A stretch of DNA of 64,000 bases from Alphaproteobacteria bacterium (GTDB lineage Bacteria; Pseudomonadota; Alphaproteobacteria; JASGCL01), in assembly GCA_051010635.1 (NCBI GenBank), contig JBPCVJ010000025.1, positions 18,231 through 82,230 on the forward strand, read 5' to 3'. A program made the translations under genes and the position numbers. Shown here piece by piece: positions 30,209 through 39,570 of the stretch. The notes under the pieces were generated by a model. It made no database searches, was not told where the DNA came from, and saw only the letters and a program-made list of their open reading frames with translations. Each line of letters starts with the position of its first letter. Positions within the stretch are counted from its first letter, which is position 1.

Positions 30209-31117
30209 TTAAAATAACCAAATAAAAATTTTATATTGCCGAGCCAATTGTTTAATTTTTTCGGCATTTATCATATTGCCCTGATGATGTAAAAAAATCC
30301 CTGTGATATTGGCAAGATGTGCTTGCTTGATGGTGTCGGGACCGATGCTAGGGGCGTCCAATTTTTTATTTTGTCTCATTTTAAAATTTTTTATCAATAT
30401 GGCTTGGCGGTTTTTGGTTAGGCGGCGGCAAGTTTTTATCATGTGGTCGGTGCCTGCCATAGCTTCAATCGCTAGGGTTAAGCCTTCGGCGATCACCAAA
30501 CCCTGCCCAATATCAAATTGGCTGATGGTATTTAATATTTTTTGTCCTTTGTGAAAATCTTGCCATGCGGTTTTGTTAGGTTTTTTGCCAACCAATAAAC
30601 CTTTGGCAAAATGATGTTTGCTTGATGGGCTATTTTGCAAATAATCGGTGGTGGATAATAATTGGCTGTTGGTTGCTTTGGCAATAAATTTTGCCAAAGC
30701 CGATAATAAAGCATCATCGCCTTTTTTATAAATACCGATATTTTTTGCCAAAAAAATTTTGGCAGTTAAATCAAGCGATAATTTTTTTAAGGGTAAGCGC
30801 TCCAACTTGCCAGCGATAATAAAATGGCTGACCTGATTTTTTTTTAAAAAATTTATCAAACCGCCCAATTGACCGATCGGCAAGATGGTTTTTTTCTTAC
30901 CTTGCCAAAAACGGGGATAGCGGTTGATAAATTCATAAAACAATATCGGTAAAGCCGTATCACCCCTTGCCCTTGCTGTTTGCCATAATAAAATCGGGGT
31001 GTCATCAAACCCAGAAAATAATGCTATGATTTTTTTTTTCTTAAAGGGTAGCGGGTTTGACAAGTTGGGTTTTATCATAAAGGTCAAGGTTGGTAAAAAT
31101 AGTTTAAAAATCTGCAT
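30209..31117 (-). CDS. lpxI: UDP-2,3-diacylglucosamine hydrolase LpxI (DUF1009)
   Basis: This is a 302-aa ORF directly downstream of lpxA. It has conserved blocks (IALFSGFDDTPILL ... GDDALLSALAKF), and its position after lpxA is the canonical LpxI location in alphaproteobacteria. Confidence 0.6.
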   Translation of the reverse strand: MQIFKLFLPTLTFMIKPNLSNPLPFKKKKIIALFSGFDDTPILLWQTARARGDTALPILFYEFINRYPRFWQGKKKTILPIGQLGGLINFLKKNQVSHFIIAGKLERLPLKKLSLDLTAKIFLAKNIGIYKKGDDALLSALAKFIAKATNSQLLSTTDYLQNSPSSKHHFAKGLLVGKKPNKTAWQDFHKGQKILNTISQFDIGQGLVIAEGLTLAIEAMAGTDHMIKTCRRLTKNRQAILIKNFKMRQNKKLDAPSIGPDTIKQAHLANITGIFLHHQGNMINAEKIKQLARQYKIFIWLF

Positions 31118-31910
31118 TCGCTATGCCACGATGGGTGCGGTTTTGTAAAAATTTAACCAAAATCTGCATCAATTTATTTTCATCTTTTTCCAGATGATGT
31201 AATTTTTCATTAAGCGTTTTAGCCGAAGGATCTTTTTTTGAAAATAAATAATAGAGGTTTTTTTGCAATGACTTGATTTGCTGATTATCAATACCTTGCC
31301 TTTTTAACCCGAGTAGATTAAGCCCCTGCATGGTGGCATTGGGGCTATTGACAAGGGTAAAGGGCGGCACATCATCTACCACACGGCTAGCCCCGCCCAC
31401 TATGGCATGTTCGCCAATACGCACAAATTGATGCACGGCCGCCATTCCCCCCACTATGGCATAATCCCCTATCATCACATGGCCGCCTAAAGTGACATTG
31501 GAGACCAATATCACCCCATCGCCCACTTGGGTATCGTGTGATATATGCACGCCATTCATTAACAACCCATCATTGCCGATGCGGGTTATCATACCCCCGC
31601 CCTTGGTGCCAAGGGTGATGCTGACATGTTCCCTGATTTGGTTATTGTTGCCGATGATTAATTGCGATGGTTCTTTGTTGTATTTTTTATCAAGCGGTTT
31701 GCTACCCAATATCGCAAAGGGAAAAACTTCATTGTTTGTGCCAAGAGTGGTTTTGCCATTGATAACAATATGGCTATGCAGATGGGTATTATCGCCCAAC
31801 ACCACATCTTTGCCGATAATGCAAAACGGCCCAATGCTAACATTTTTGCCGAGCTTTGCCCCTGTTTCCACGATGCTGGTTTTGTGAATGGTTGTTTGGT
31901 TGCTAGACAT
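31104..31910 (-). CDS. lpxA: Acyl-ACP--UDP-N-acetylglucosamine O-acyltransferase
   Basis: This is a 268-aa ORF with left-handed beta-helix hexapeptide repeats and a C-terminal helical domain. Confidence 0.8.
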   Translation of the reverse strand: MSSNQTTIHKTSIVETGAKLGKNVSIGPFCIIGKDVVLGDNTHLHSHIVINGKTTLGTNNEVFPFAILGSKPLDKKYNKEPSQLIIGNNNQIREHVSITLGTKGGGMITRIGNDGLLMNGVHISHDTQVGDGVILVSNVTLGGHVMIGDYAIVGGMAAVHQFVRIGEHAIVGGASRVVDDVPPFTLVNSPNATMQGLNLLGLKRQGIDNQQIKSLQKNLYYLFSKKDPSAKTLNEKLHHLEKDENKLMQILVKFLQNRTHRGIANADF

Positions 31911-31924
31911 GATAATAGATGATA

Positions 31925-32383
31925 TTATTTTGGTGTATCAGCAGCCATAGCAATAAAACTGGCTTCGCTACATAATTTATCTTCAACCCAAGCCTCGCCT
32001 GTCATTTTCCAAATATCGCCACGGCTTTGAATCTTTTTTGTTTTTATAATGATAGTATCATTGGGTAAAACTTTTTGCCGAAATTTTACCCCATCAATTG
32101 ATACAAAATAAACCACCTTATCGCCTATATCGCCAATACTGGCAATCGCCATACAACAGGCAACCTGTGCCATGGCTTCCACAATAATGACCCCTGGGGT
32201 AACAGGCTCTTGGGGAAAATGCCCTTGATAAAATGATTCATTATTAGCAAAGGTTTTTTCGCCAACCGCTGAGCGGTGTTTGATAATTTCATGTATTTTA
32301 TCAATGAATAAAAATGGTGGGCGATGGGGAATTAATTTTTCAATATCTGCCCTAGTTAAATTTTTTAATATATTGTCAGTCAT
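31925..32383 (-). CDS. fabZ: 3-hydroxyacyl-ACP dehydratase
   Basis: This is a 152-aa ORF with the hot-dog fold and the catalytic His motif (FYQGHFPQEPVTPGVI). Confidence 0.85.
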   Translation of the reverse strand: MTDNILKNLTRADIEKLIPHRPPFLFIDKIHEIIKHRSAVGEKTFANNESFYQGHFPQEPVTPGVIIVEAMAQVACCMAIASIGDIGDKVVYFVSIDGVKFRQKVLPNDTIIIKTKKIQSRGDIWKMTGEAWVEDKLCSEASFIAMAADTPK

Positions 32384-32476
32384 GATAATGGTTAAAACAT
32401 TATTAAATTTGGTTGAATTTTATAGAATTTCATAAGATATTGCTAGAGGATTTTTATTAAAATTTATCAAGCGGGA

Positions 32477-33514
32477 TTATTTTATATTTTTTTTCATCAA
32501 ATTTTTTATGATGTAATTGCCTTTTAAGTATTGCAATTGATCCATAGCGGGGGTGCCGCCGACAACATCCCCTGCTTTGACATGGCTTGCCACCCCGCTT
32601 TGTGCCGATATTTTTGCCGCTTGTCCGATACTGATATGGTCGGCAATGCCTGCTTGCCCGCCTATGATTGCCGCCTTGCCAATTTTTACACTGCCTGCCA
32701 AACCCACCATTGAACAGATTATCACCGATGATTCAATATGGGTGTTATGCCCTACTGCTACCAGATTATCAATTTGGGTGTTATCACCGATGATGGTGTC
32801 ATCGCTGGTGCCTCGGTCAATGACGCTGTTGCAAGATATACCCACCCCATTGCCAATTATTACCCGCCCGATTTGTGGCATACGCACAATGCCATCTTCG
32901 CTACCAACCAAACCAAACCCCCGCCCGCCAATACGCACCCCAGTGTCAATATCGCAATCATCGCCCATTAGGCAATGGCTGATGGAGCAATTATCGCCAA
33001 TGATATTATTATTACCTATTTTAACCCTTGCTTCAATCACCGACCCTGCGCCAATCACCGACCCTGCGCCAATTTTCACTTCATCACCGATCACTACATA
33101 TGGTGCAATGATAACAGGTTCTAAAATAGTGGCACTATCAGAAATGATGGCAGTTGGGTGGATGCGATGTTGTTTGGCAATGCGGCGGGGGTAAAATATC
33201 TGCCCGATAAGCCCAAAGGCAAGTTGTGGGTTATGCATAATAATTTTAAGCGCCTGTTTTGGAGCGTCTTTTTCTAAATCAGGGGTGAGGAACAAAATGG
33301 TCGCTTTGGTTTTTTTTAACAATGAGCGGTGTCTGCCAGCGGCACAAAAAGCCAGTTCATTTTTTCCTGCCACCGCCAAGCCAGCAATATTACGAATTTC
33401 GGTTTTGGGTATATCGGCAAGCTTGGTGATAAGCCCCACTTTATGTTTGATAGGTATAAGCAGGGCATCAACCATGAAAGGTCCTTGCGGTTGAAAGAAG
33501 TTATTTTTTATCAT
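32477..33514 (-). CDS. lpxD: UDP-3-O-acylglucosamine N-acyltransferase
   Basis: This is a 345-aa ORF with an N-terminal LpxD domain followed by an extended hexapeptide-repeat beta-helix. Confidence 0.8.
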   Translation of the reverse strand: MIKNNFFQPQGPFMVDALLIPIKHKVGLITKLADIPKTEIRNIAGLAVAGKNELAFCAAGRHRSLLKKTKATILFLTPDLEKDAPKQALKIIMHNPQLAFGLIGQIFYPRRIAKQHRIHPTAIISDSATILEPVIIAPYVVIGDEVKIGAGSVIGAGSVIEARVKIGNNNIIGDNCSISHCLMGDDCDIDTGVRIGGRGFGLVGSEDGIVRMPQIGRVIIGNGVGISCNSVIDRGTSDDTIIGDNTQIDNLVAVGHNTHIESSVIICSMVGLAGSVKIGKAAIIGGQAGIADHISIGQAAKISAQSGVASHVKAGDVVGGTPAMDQLQYLKGNYIIKNLMKKNIK

Positions 33515-33549
33515 TGGTATTTTTCTATAGCAATGTTAGATAAAAATAA

Positions 33550-34287
33550 ATGATAAAAACATTACATAATGTTAAGGAATTTGCAGGCAAAGTGGCATTG
33601 GTGCTGGGGGCATCGCATGGTATGGGGCGTGCGGTGGCTTTGGAATTGGCAATGCTGGGGGCATCGGTTTTGGCGGTTGGGCGCACCAGCGGTGCCTTAA
33701 CCGAACTTGATGATGAGGTAAGAAAAAAAACCAATGATAAGAATCACATTGCCATCATTACTGCCGATTTGGCTGATGAAAAAACCATTCCATTGTTGTT
33801 TGCCAATATCTTAAAGCGGTTTGGTTATTTGGATATGATGGTGGGTGCGGCAGCACGCTTGGGGGATTTAACCCCCCTTGCTCATGCGGTGGAAAAAGAT
33901 TTTGATAAAACTATCAGGCTTAATTTAATTGCTTATCATCGGTTTATTCGCTATGGCGAGCCATTGTTGCGATTAGCCAAAAATGGGCGGGTGGTTTTTT
34001 TAACCAGCGGGGTTGGCAAGCACCCTCGTGCCTTTTGGGGCGGTTATAGTGTTAGCAAGGCGGGGCTTGATGCGATGGTAAAAATTTGGGCGCAGGAATT
34101 AAAAAAAACCAATATCACGGTCAATGGTATTAACCCCAGTGCTACCCGCACGGCTATGCGGGCTCAGGCTATGCCGGGCGAAGATGCCGCCATGTTGAAA
34201 ACACCCAATAAGGTGGCAAAATTTCTCTTGCTTTTTTTACAAGATAAAAATAAAACAACTGGTGAAATTATTGATTATCAAGCATAA
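33550..34287 (+). CDS. SDR-family oxidoreductase
   Basis: It has the Rossmann motif (ALVLGASHGMGRA) and a catalytic YxxxK (YSVSK). Confidence 0.7.
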   Translation: MIKTLHNVKEFAGKVALVLGASHGMGRAVALELAMLGASVLAVGRTSGALTELDDEVRKKTNDKNHIAIITADLADEKTIPLLFANILKRFGYLDMMVGAAARLGDLTPLAHAVEKDFDKTIRLNLIAYHRFIRYGEPLLRLAKNGRVVFLTSGVGKHPRAFWGGYSVSKAGLDAMVKIWAQELKKTNITVNGINPSATRTAMRAQAMPGEDAAMLKTPNKVAKFLLLFLQDKNKTTGEIIDYQA

Positions 34288-34293
34288 AAATTT

Positions 34294-34980
34294 ATGAAAA
34301 TATTTATTGTCTACGCCCATCATGAAGCAAAATCATTTTGTCATGCTATGTTAGAAACATCGGTGGCGGTGTTAGAAAAGGCGGGGCATGAGGTTAAGGT
34401 GTCTGACCTTTATGCTATGAAATTTAATCCTGTGGCAAGCAGGCATGATTTTGGTTCGCGCCAAAATGGCGATTATTTAACATATGCTTTGGAACAAAGA
34501 TATAATTATCAACAAAAAACATTGGCGAATGATATTGTTGGCGAGGTAGAAAAAATGTTTTGGGCGGATTTATTGATCATCCATTTTCCACTTTATTGGT
34601 TTTCTTTGCCAGCGATAATGAAAGGTTGGTTTGATAGGGTATTATTGTCGGGTGCTTGTTATGGTGGAAAAAATTTTTATGAAGGCGGTAAAATGGTAGA
34701 TAAGAAAGCTATGCTTACCATCACCGCGGGCTCACGCAGTGATTTTTTTAAAGATGAAACATCTTTGCATGGCGAATGGCTGACAATGTTGCGCCCGATA
34801 TTGCGTGGCACATTATATTATGTTGGGTTTCAGGTTTTGCCGCCCTTTACCGCTTATTTTGTGCCATATAGCGATGATGCGGCACGCAAAAAATCATTGG
34901 CTGATTATGAACATCATTTGGAAAATATCAACCATTTAACCCCTTTGGTTTTTCCCAAAAAGGCAGATTTTGGTTTTTAA
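34294..34980 (+). CDS. Flavodoxin-like NAD(P)H:quinone oxidoreductase (MdaB/YrkL-like)
   Basis: This is a 228-aa ORF with the Flavodoxin_2 family N-terminus (MKIFIVYAHHEAKSF) and a conserved FPLYWF block. Confidence 0.55.
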   Translation: MKIFIVYAHHEAKSFCHAMLETSVAVLEKAGHEVKVSDLYAMKFNPVASRHDFGSRQNGDYLTYALEQRYNYQQKTLANDIVGEVEKMFWADLLIIHFPLYWFSLPAIMKGWFDRVLLSGACYGGKNFYEGGKMVDKKAMLTITAGSRSDFFKDETSLHGEWLTMLRPILRGTLYYVGFQVLPPFTAYFVPYSDDAARKKSLADYEHHLENINHLTPLVFPKKADFGF

Positions 34981-35659
34981 AAAAGCTGGTAAAAATAATG
35001 AACCAGCTTATGATAAAACGATGAAAAATGGCGATAAAAATTTTACCCTGATAGACAATGATATTGGTGAAGCAGAATGGCTGCATTTTGTCAAAAAGGG
35101 GGTGGTGGCGGTTGACAGCGAGACCACTGGGCTTGATATAAAAGCCAATCGCTTGTGTTTGGTGCAATTATCAGCAGGTGATGGCAAGGCTTGTTTGGTA
35201 AAATTTACACAGCCGTATTATCAAGCACATCGCTTAAAAAAATTATTAACCGATGACAAGGTGCAAAAAATTTTTCATTTTGCCCGTTTTGATTTGGCAG
35301 TGTTTTATTTTTATCTGGGGGTATTGGTAAATAATATCTATTGTACAAAAATTGCGTCAAAAATTTTACGCCCTGATGCTAAAAAACATAGTTTGAGTAA
35401 TTTGGCAAAAGATTTGCTTGGGGTTGTATTGGATAAACAACAACAGCTGTCTGATTGGGGGGCTAAAGAATTATCGGCGGCACAATTACATTATGCCGCA
35501 AATGATGTTTTATATTTGCATCAGATAAAAGAAAAACTTGATAATATGGCAAGCGACAAACAACGGGCGATGGTGATGGCGTGCCATCAATTTTTACCCA
35601 CCCTTGCCATGTTGGATATGGAAATCTCTGGCAACCAAGATATTTTTGCTCATCATTAA
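34970..35659 (+). CDS. rnd: Ribonuclease D-like 3'-5' exonuclease (short alphaproteobacterial form)
   Basis: This is a 229-aa ORF. The DEDDy exonuclease motif I is present (VAVDSETTGLD), followed by motif II/III-like Tyr/Asp blocks (HYAANDVLYL). Confidence 0.6.
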   Translation: MVFKKAGKNNEPAYDKTMKNGDKNFTLIDNDIGEAEWLHFVKKGVVAVDSETTGLDIKANRLCLVQLSAGDGKACLVKFTQPYYQAHRLKKLLTDDKVQKIFHFARFDLAVFYFYLGVLVNNIYCTKIASKILRPDAKKHSLSNLAKDLLGVVLDKQQQLSDWGAKELSAAQLHYAANDVLYLHQIKEKLDNMASDKQRAMVMACHQFLPTLAMLDMEISGNQDIFAHH

Positions 35660-35673
35660 AATTTTTATCAATC

Positions 35674-36447
35674 ATGTTTTTACAACATCATTCTTCATCG
35701 TCTCGGATTTTTGCTATCAACGAAATTGCTGCATCCTTATACCAAGGCGAGGAATTGGCAGATATTGATTGGCGGGTGAAATATCACCCACGGGCAAGAC
35801 GGATGATTTTGCGTTATGACAAGGGGGTGGCAACCATTACTATGCCACGCGCGATGGCAACAAAACATATCAAAGCATTTTTAGAAAATTCGTGTGATTG
35901 GTTAAGGCGTGAAATTAATAAGGAAAAAAAATTTTATGCAACCCATCAATGGTATTCGGGTAAGGTTATTTCGGTTTTGGGACAAAAAAAAACTTTGCGT
36001 TTAACAAATGGTAATGCTTGGGTGAAGGATGATGGTAAAGAAATTATTGTATCGGCAAATGGTATCGCCCGCCAACAAAAAAAATTAAAACAATATCTGT
36101 GGCGATTGGCTGAAAAAGAATTTCCAAAGATAGTCGCCCATTATTGTCAAAAGTTGCATTTGGCAATACCCGATATTGCTATTCGTGATCCCAAAAGCCG
36201 TTGGGGCAGTTGTATCGGCAAAAAACATTTTTTATATGGCAAGCGGGCAAGGATAATGTTGTCATTTCGTCTTATTTTGGCACCGCCATTGGTGTTGGCT
36301 TATTTGGTAGCACATGAGGTGTGTCATCTTTGTGAAGCCAATCATAGCAAGGATTTTTGGGCATTGGTTAAAAAAATATTTCCCAATTATAAAATTGCCG
36401 AGGCATGGTTAAAAGCACAAGGCAAGGATTTGATGAGATTGTTTTAA
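35674..36447 (+). CDS. YgjP-family (DUF45) metal-dependent hydrolase
   Basis: It has a HExxH-type motif in a YgjP-like context (AHEVCHLCEANHSKDFW). The ORF track starts at 35581 inside rnd, but the Met at 35674 lies just after the rnd stop. Confidence 0.65.
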   Translation: MFLQHHSSSSRIFAINEIAASLYQGEELADIDWRVKYHPRARRMILRYDKGVATITMPRAMATKHIKAFLENSCDWLRREINKEKKFYATHQWYSGKVISVLGQKKTLRLTNGNAWVKDDGKEIIVSANGIARQQKKLKQYLWRLAEKEFPKIVAHYCQKLHLAIPDIAIRDPKSRWGSCIGKKHFLYGKRARIMLSFRLILAPPLVLAYLVAHEVCHLCEANHSKDFWALVKKIFPNYKIAEAWLKAQGKDLMRLF

Positions 36448-36455
36448 TTTTGCCA

Positions 36456-37190
36456 ATGAAAAATTTTTGTGATGACCGCAAATTACAGGCAAAAATTGCC
36501 CGTGCGATTGATGTTTCACCATCTCAAGATAGATTTTTATTTGATATGGCAATGAAGGGTGTTGTGGCACATCTGTTGCCTATCAAACAACCTTTGGCAC
36601 ATATTTTTTGTCAAAATTTATTCTTGCCATCTTTTACCACCAAACCTTATTTAAAACCATATTATCAAACCAGCCATATTGATGAAAAATCCCATATGCC
36701 GCTTAAAACCAATTATTATGATGTGGTGGTGGATTTTATGTTGTGGCATTATTATGGCGAACGGCACGATATATTACAACAATATTATGATGCTTTGAAA
36801 TTGGGCGGTTTTTTTCAAACGGTGTTTTTGGGGGGTGATAGTTTTTTAGAATTGGAGCGATCTTTTTTGCATGCCGATATGATGATAAATAATTCTGCTA
36901 CTATGCGATTTTTCCCCCGACAGCAAATGGCAGATGCGATAGCCGCTTTGGCACAATTTTCTGATATTGTTGCCGATAGTGATAAAATAACCATCACTTT
37001 TCAAGATATAAAAAAATTATTACAAGATGCCCGTGGCATGGCACTTACCAATAGTCTTATCAGTCTTTCGTCATATTTTTCTTGCCCCAAAATATTACAA
37101 AAAACTATTGATTATTGGCTGGCACAGAATCCAGCACCCCTTGCCTTCAATGTTGAATTGTTTTATCTTCATGCTGTTAAAACAAAATAA
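36456..37190 (+). CDS. Hypothetical protein, possibly a degenerate class-I methyltransferase-like fold
   Basis: This is a 245-aa ORF. The block DVVVDFMLWHYY...LKLGGFFQTVFLGG resembles methyltransferase motifs II/III. No GxGxG motif I is recognisable. The start is taken at the Met after the preceding stop. Confidence 0.3.
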   Translation: MKNFCDDRKLQAKIARAIDVSPSQDRFLFDMAMKGVVAHLLPIKQPLAHIFCQNLFLPSFTTKPYLKPYYQTSHIDEKSHMPLKTNYYDVVVDFMLWHYYGERHDILQQYYDALKLGGFFQTVFLGGDSFLELERSFLHADMMINNSATMRFFPRQQMADAIAALAQFSDIVADSDKITITFQDIKKLLQDARGMALTNSLISLSSYFSCPKILQKTIDYWLAQNPAPLAFNVELFYLHAVKTK

Positions 37191-37201
37191 ATATACCATC
37201 T

Positions 37202-38203
37202 ATGATGCTTAAAGATGATTTCATCGCCGCGATTGGCAATACGCCATTGATAAAATTGCAAAAAATTTCTGCTATCACTGGATGCAATATCTATGGCAAG
37301 GCTGAATTTATGAACCCTGGTGGTTCGGTAAAAGATAGGGCGGCAAAAGCCATCATTGCTGATGCGTTAAAACATGGCAAGATAAGAAAAGGCGGCACGG
37401 TGGTTGAAGGCACAGCGGGCAATACCGGTATCGGTTTGGCACTGGTGGGGAATGCGTTGGGTATCAAAACCATCATTGTTATTCCCAGTAGCCAATCGCA
37501 AGAAAAAAAAGATTTTTTACGCTTGATAGGGGCAGAGGTGATTGAGGTGCCACCGACCAAATATAGAGATCCAAAACATTATGTGCATACTTCGCGCCGT
37601 ATGGCGGAGGATTTAGCCGAGATGGGCGGTGCGCCTGTGTTGTGGGCGAATCAATTTGATAACATTTCTAATAGGCAGGGTCATTATGAAACCACTGGCA
37701 CAGAAATATGGCAACAAACCGATGGCAAGGTGGATGGATTTATCTGTGCTGTGGGCACAGGTGGCACGCTGGCGGGGGTGGCAGAAAAATTATGTGAAAA
37801 AAATAAAAAAATAAAAATTGGTTTGGCAGACCCGATGGGGGCATCGCTTTATCATTATTATCAAAATGGTGAATTGAAAGCCGAAGGTAGTTCCATTACC
37901 GAAGGCATCGGGCAAGGGCGTATCACTGATAACCTTGCCGACCTTAAGGTTGATTATCCTTTTCAAATTAGCGATGCGGAGGCTTTGCCATTTGTGTTTG
38001 ACCTGTTGCAAGAGGAGGGGTTTTGTCTTGGCGGGTCATCGGCAATTAATATGGCAGGTGCGGTTAGGCTGGCAGAAAAATTGGGTAAGGGTGCCACCAT
38101 AGTGACCATTTTATGCGATTCGGGTAGCCGTTATCAATCCAAAATGTTTAATCCCGATTTTTTGCGTGAAAAAAATCTTCCTGTGCCAAATTGGTTGGCA
38201 TAA
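37202..38203 (+). CDS. cysK: Cysteine synthase (PLP-dependent, CysK/CysM family)
   Basis: The PLP-lysine motif (NPGGSVKDR), the glycine loop (GTGGT) and a Ser/Thr-rich substrate loop (TAGNTG) are all present. Confidence 0.75.
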   Translation: MMLKDDFIAAIGNTPLIKLQKISAITGCNIYGKAEFMNPGGSVKDRAAKAIIADALKHGKIRKGGTVVEGTAGNTGIGLALVGNALGIKTIIVIPSSQSQEKKDFLRLIGAEVIEVPPTKYRDPKHYVHTSRRMAEDLAEMGGAPVLWANQFDNISNRQGHYETTGTEIWQQTDGKVDGFICAVGTGGTLAGVAEKLCEKNKKIKIGLADPMGASLYHYYQNGELKAEGSSITEGIGQGRITDNLADLKVDYPFQISDAEALPFVFDLLQEEGFCLGGSSAINMAGAVRLAEKLGKGATIVTILCDSGSRYQSKMFNPDFLREKNLPVPNWLA

Positions 38204-38211
38204 AAAATAAG

Positions 38212-39570
38212 ATGAACCCAAAGACCACCTGTCGCTTTGCACCTAGCCCTAGCGGTTTTTTGCATGGTGGCAATGTGCGTATTGCTTTATTGAATTATCT
38301 ATACGCCCGTAAATATGGTGGAAAATTTATCTTGCGGTTTGATGATACCGATAGCGATAGGTCAAAACCCGAATATGAAATAGCTATCAAACAAGATTTG
38401 ACTTGGCTTGGTTTTTCGTTTGATGCGATTTATAAACAAAGCGAACGATTGGCATTTTATCATAAAGCGGTTGAAACATTAAAAAAAAATGGCAGGGTTT
38501 ATGCCTGTTATGAAACGCCCGCAGAATTGGCATTGATGCGTAAAACCCAAGAAGCCAATGGCAAGCCACCTTTGTATAATCGGGCGGCATTAAAATTGAC
38601 CCGTGAAAAAATCTTTGCCTATGAACAGGCGGGGCAGAAACCTTATTATCGTTTTTTGTTAGAAGATAAGGATATGACATGGCAAGATATGGTGAAAGAC
38701 AGGGTGCATTTTGTAAAAAATATCATATCCGACCCTGTGGTGGTGCGGGGGGATGGCATTCCGCTTTATAGTTTGTCATCGGTGGTGGATGATGGTTTGT
38801 TGGGTATTACATTGATTTTGCGTGGCGATGACCATCTTACCAACAGTGCGGCACAGATTCAATTATTCACCGCTTTGGGTTATGCTGTGCCAGCTATGGC
38901 ACATGTGCCCCGTATGGTTGATGGCACGGGGAGTAAATTATCAAAAAGATTGGGGGCAAAATCAATCAAAGATTATCGGCTGGATGGTATTCATCCACGG
39001 GCATTGCTGGCTTATTTTGCCCATTTGGGGTTGGCTCTATCGCCAAGCGGATATGAAACCATGGATGATTTGATAAAAATGATGGAGCTTGATAAATTTG
39101 GTAAAGCCGAACAAAAATTTTTTGAAAAGGATTTGTTGGTTTTGAATAAAAAAATATTGACACAATTGGATTTTGCCGATGCCAAATTATTTTATGGCAA
39201 GGCGATGAGCGATATAAATGAAGTGCAATGGCAAAAAATTCATTCTAGTATTGCGGGGGGCGAAGATATGGCGGATTGGCAAAAAATTTTGCAAGATGAT
39301 TTTGTGCCATCGGCATCATTGACCGCTGATGAAAAAAAATTATTGGCAATGGTTTTGGCAAATATGCCCAATGATTTTCATCATCAAGCGATTGAAAATT
39401 TTTTAGATAATATAAAAAAAGCCAGCGGGCATTTTGGCAAGGCATTTTTTTCGCCTTTGCGTTTATCATTGACTGGGCGGTTGGATGGCCCTAGTATCGT
39501 TGATATTTTTTTGTTGTTGGGGCGAGAAAAAATTTTATCAAGACTATCGGCTATAACATCAGTTATGTGA
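38212..39570 (+). CDS. gltX: Glutamate--tRNA ligase
   Basis: It has a class-I HIGH-region (FAPSPSGFLHGGN), KMSKS (KLSKRLG) and a C-terminal anticodon-binding domain. The ORF track starts at 38191 and overlaps cysK, so the Met at 38212 is preferred. Confidence 0.8.
   Translation: MNPKTTCRFAPSPSGFLHGGNVRIALLNYLYARKYGGKFILRFDDTDSDRSKPEYEIAIKQDLTWLGFSFDAIYKQSERLAFYHKAVETLKKNGRVYACYETPAELALMRKTQEANGKPPLYNRAALKLTREKIFAYEQAGQKPYYRFLLEDKDMTWQDMVKDRVHFVKNIISDPVVVRGDGIPLYSLSSVVDDGLLGITLILRGDDHLTNSAAQIQLFTALGYAVPAMAHVPRMVDGTGSKLSKRLGAKSIKDYRLDGIHPRALLAYFAHLGLALSPSGYETMDDLIKMMELDKFGKAEQKFFEKDLLVLNKKILTQLDFADAKLFYGKAMSDINEVQWQKIHSSIAGGEDMADWQKILQDDFVPSASLTADEKKLLAMVLANMPNDFHHQAIENFLDNIKKASGHFGKAFFSPLRLSLTGRLDGPSIVDIFLLLGREKILSRLSAITSVM

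Noticed and set aside
32553-33194. A 213-aa Pro-rich plus-strand ORF antisense to lpxD
   Set aside because: This is the classic artefact of reading hexapeptide-repeat (GxxGxx) genes on the opposite strand. It has no start context and overlaps lpxD fully.
34970-36447. RNase D-like exonuclease plus YgjP metallohydrolase as a toxin/antitoxin or abortive-infection pair
   Set aside because: Both are widely conserved housekeeping families. Nothing resembles known toxin folds and there is no small partner ORF.
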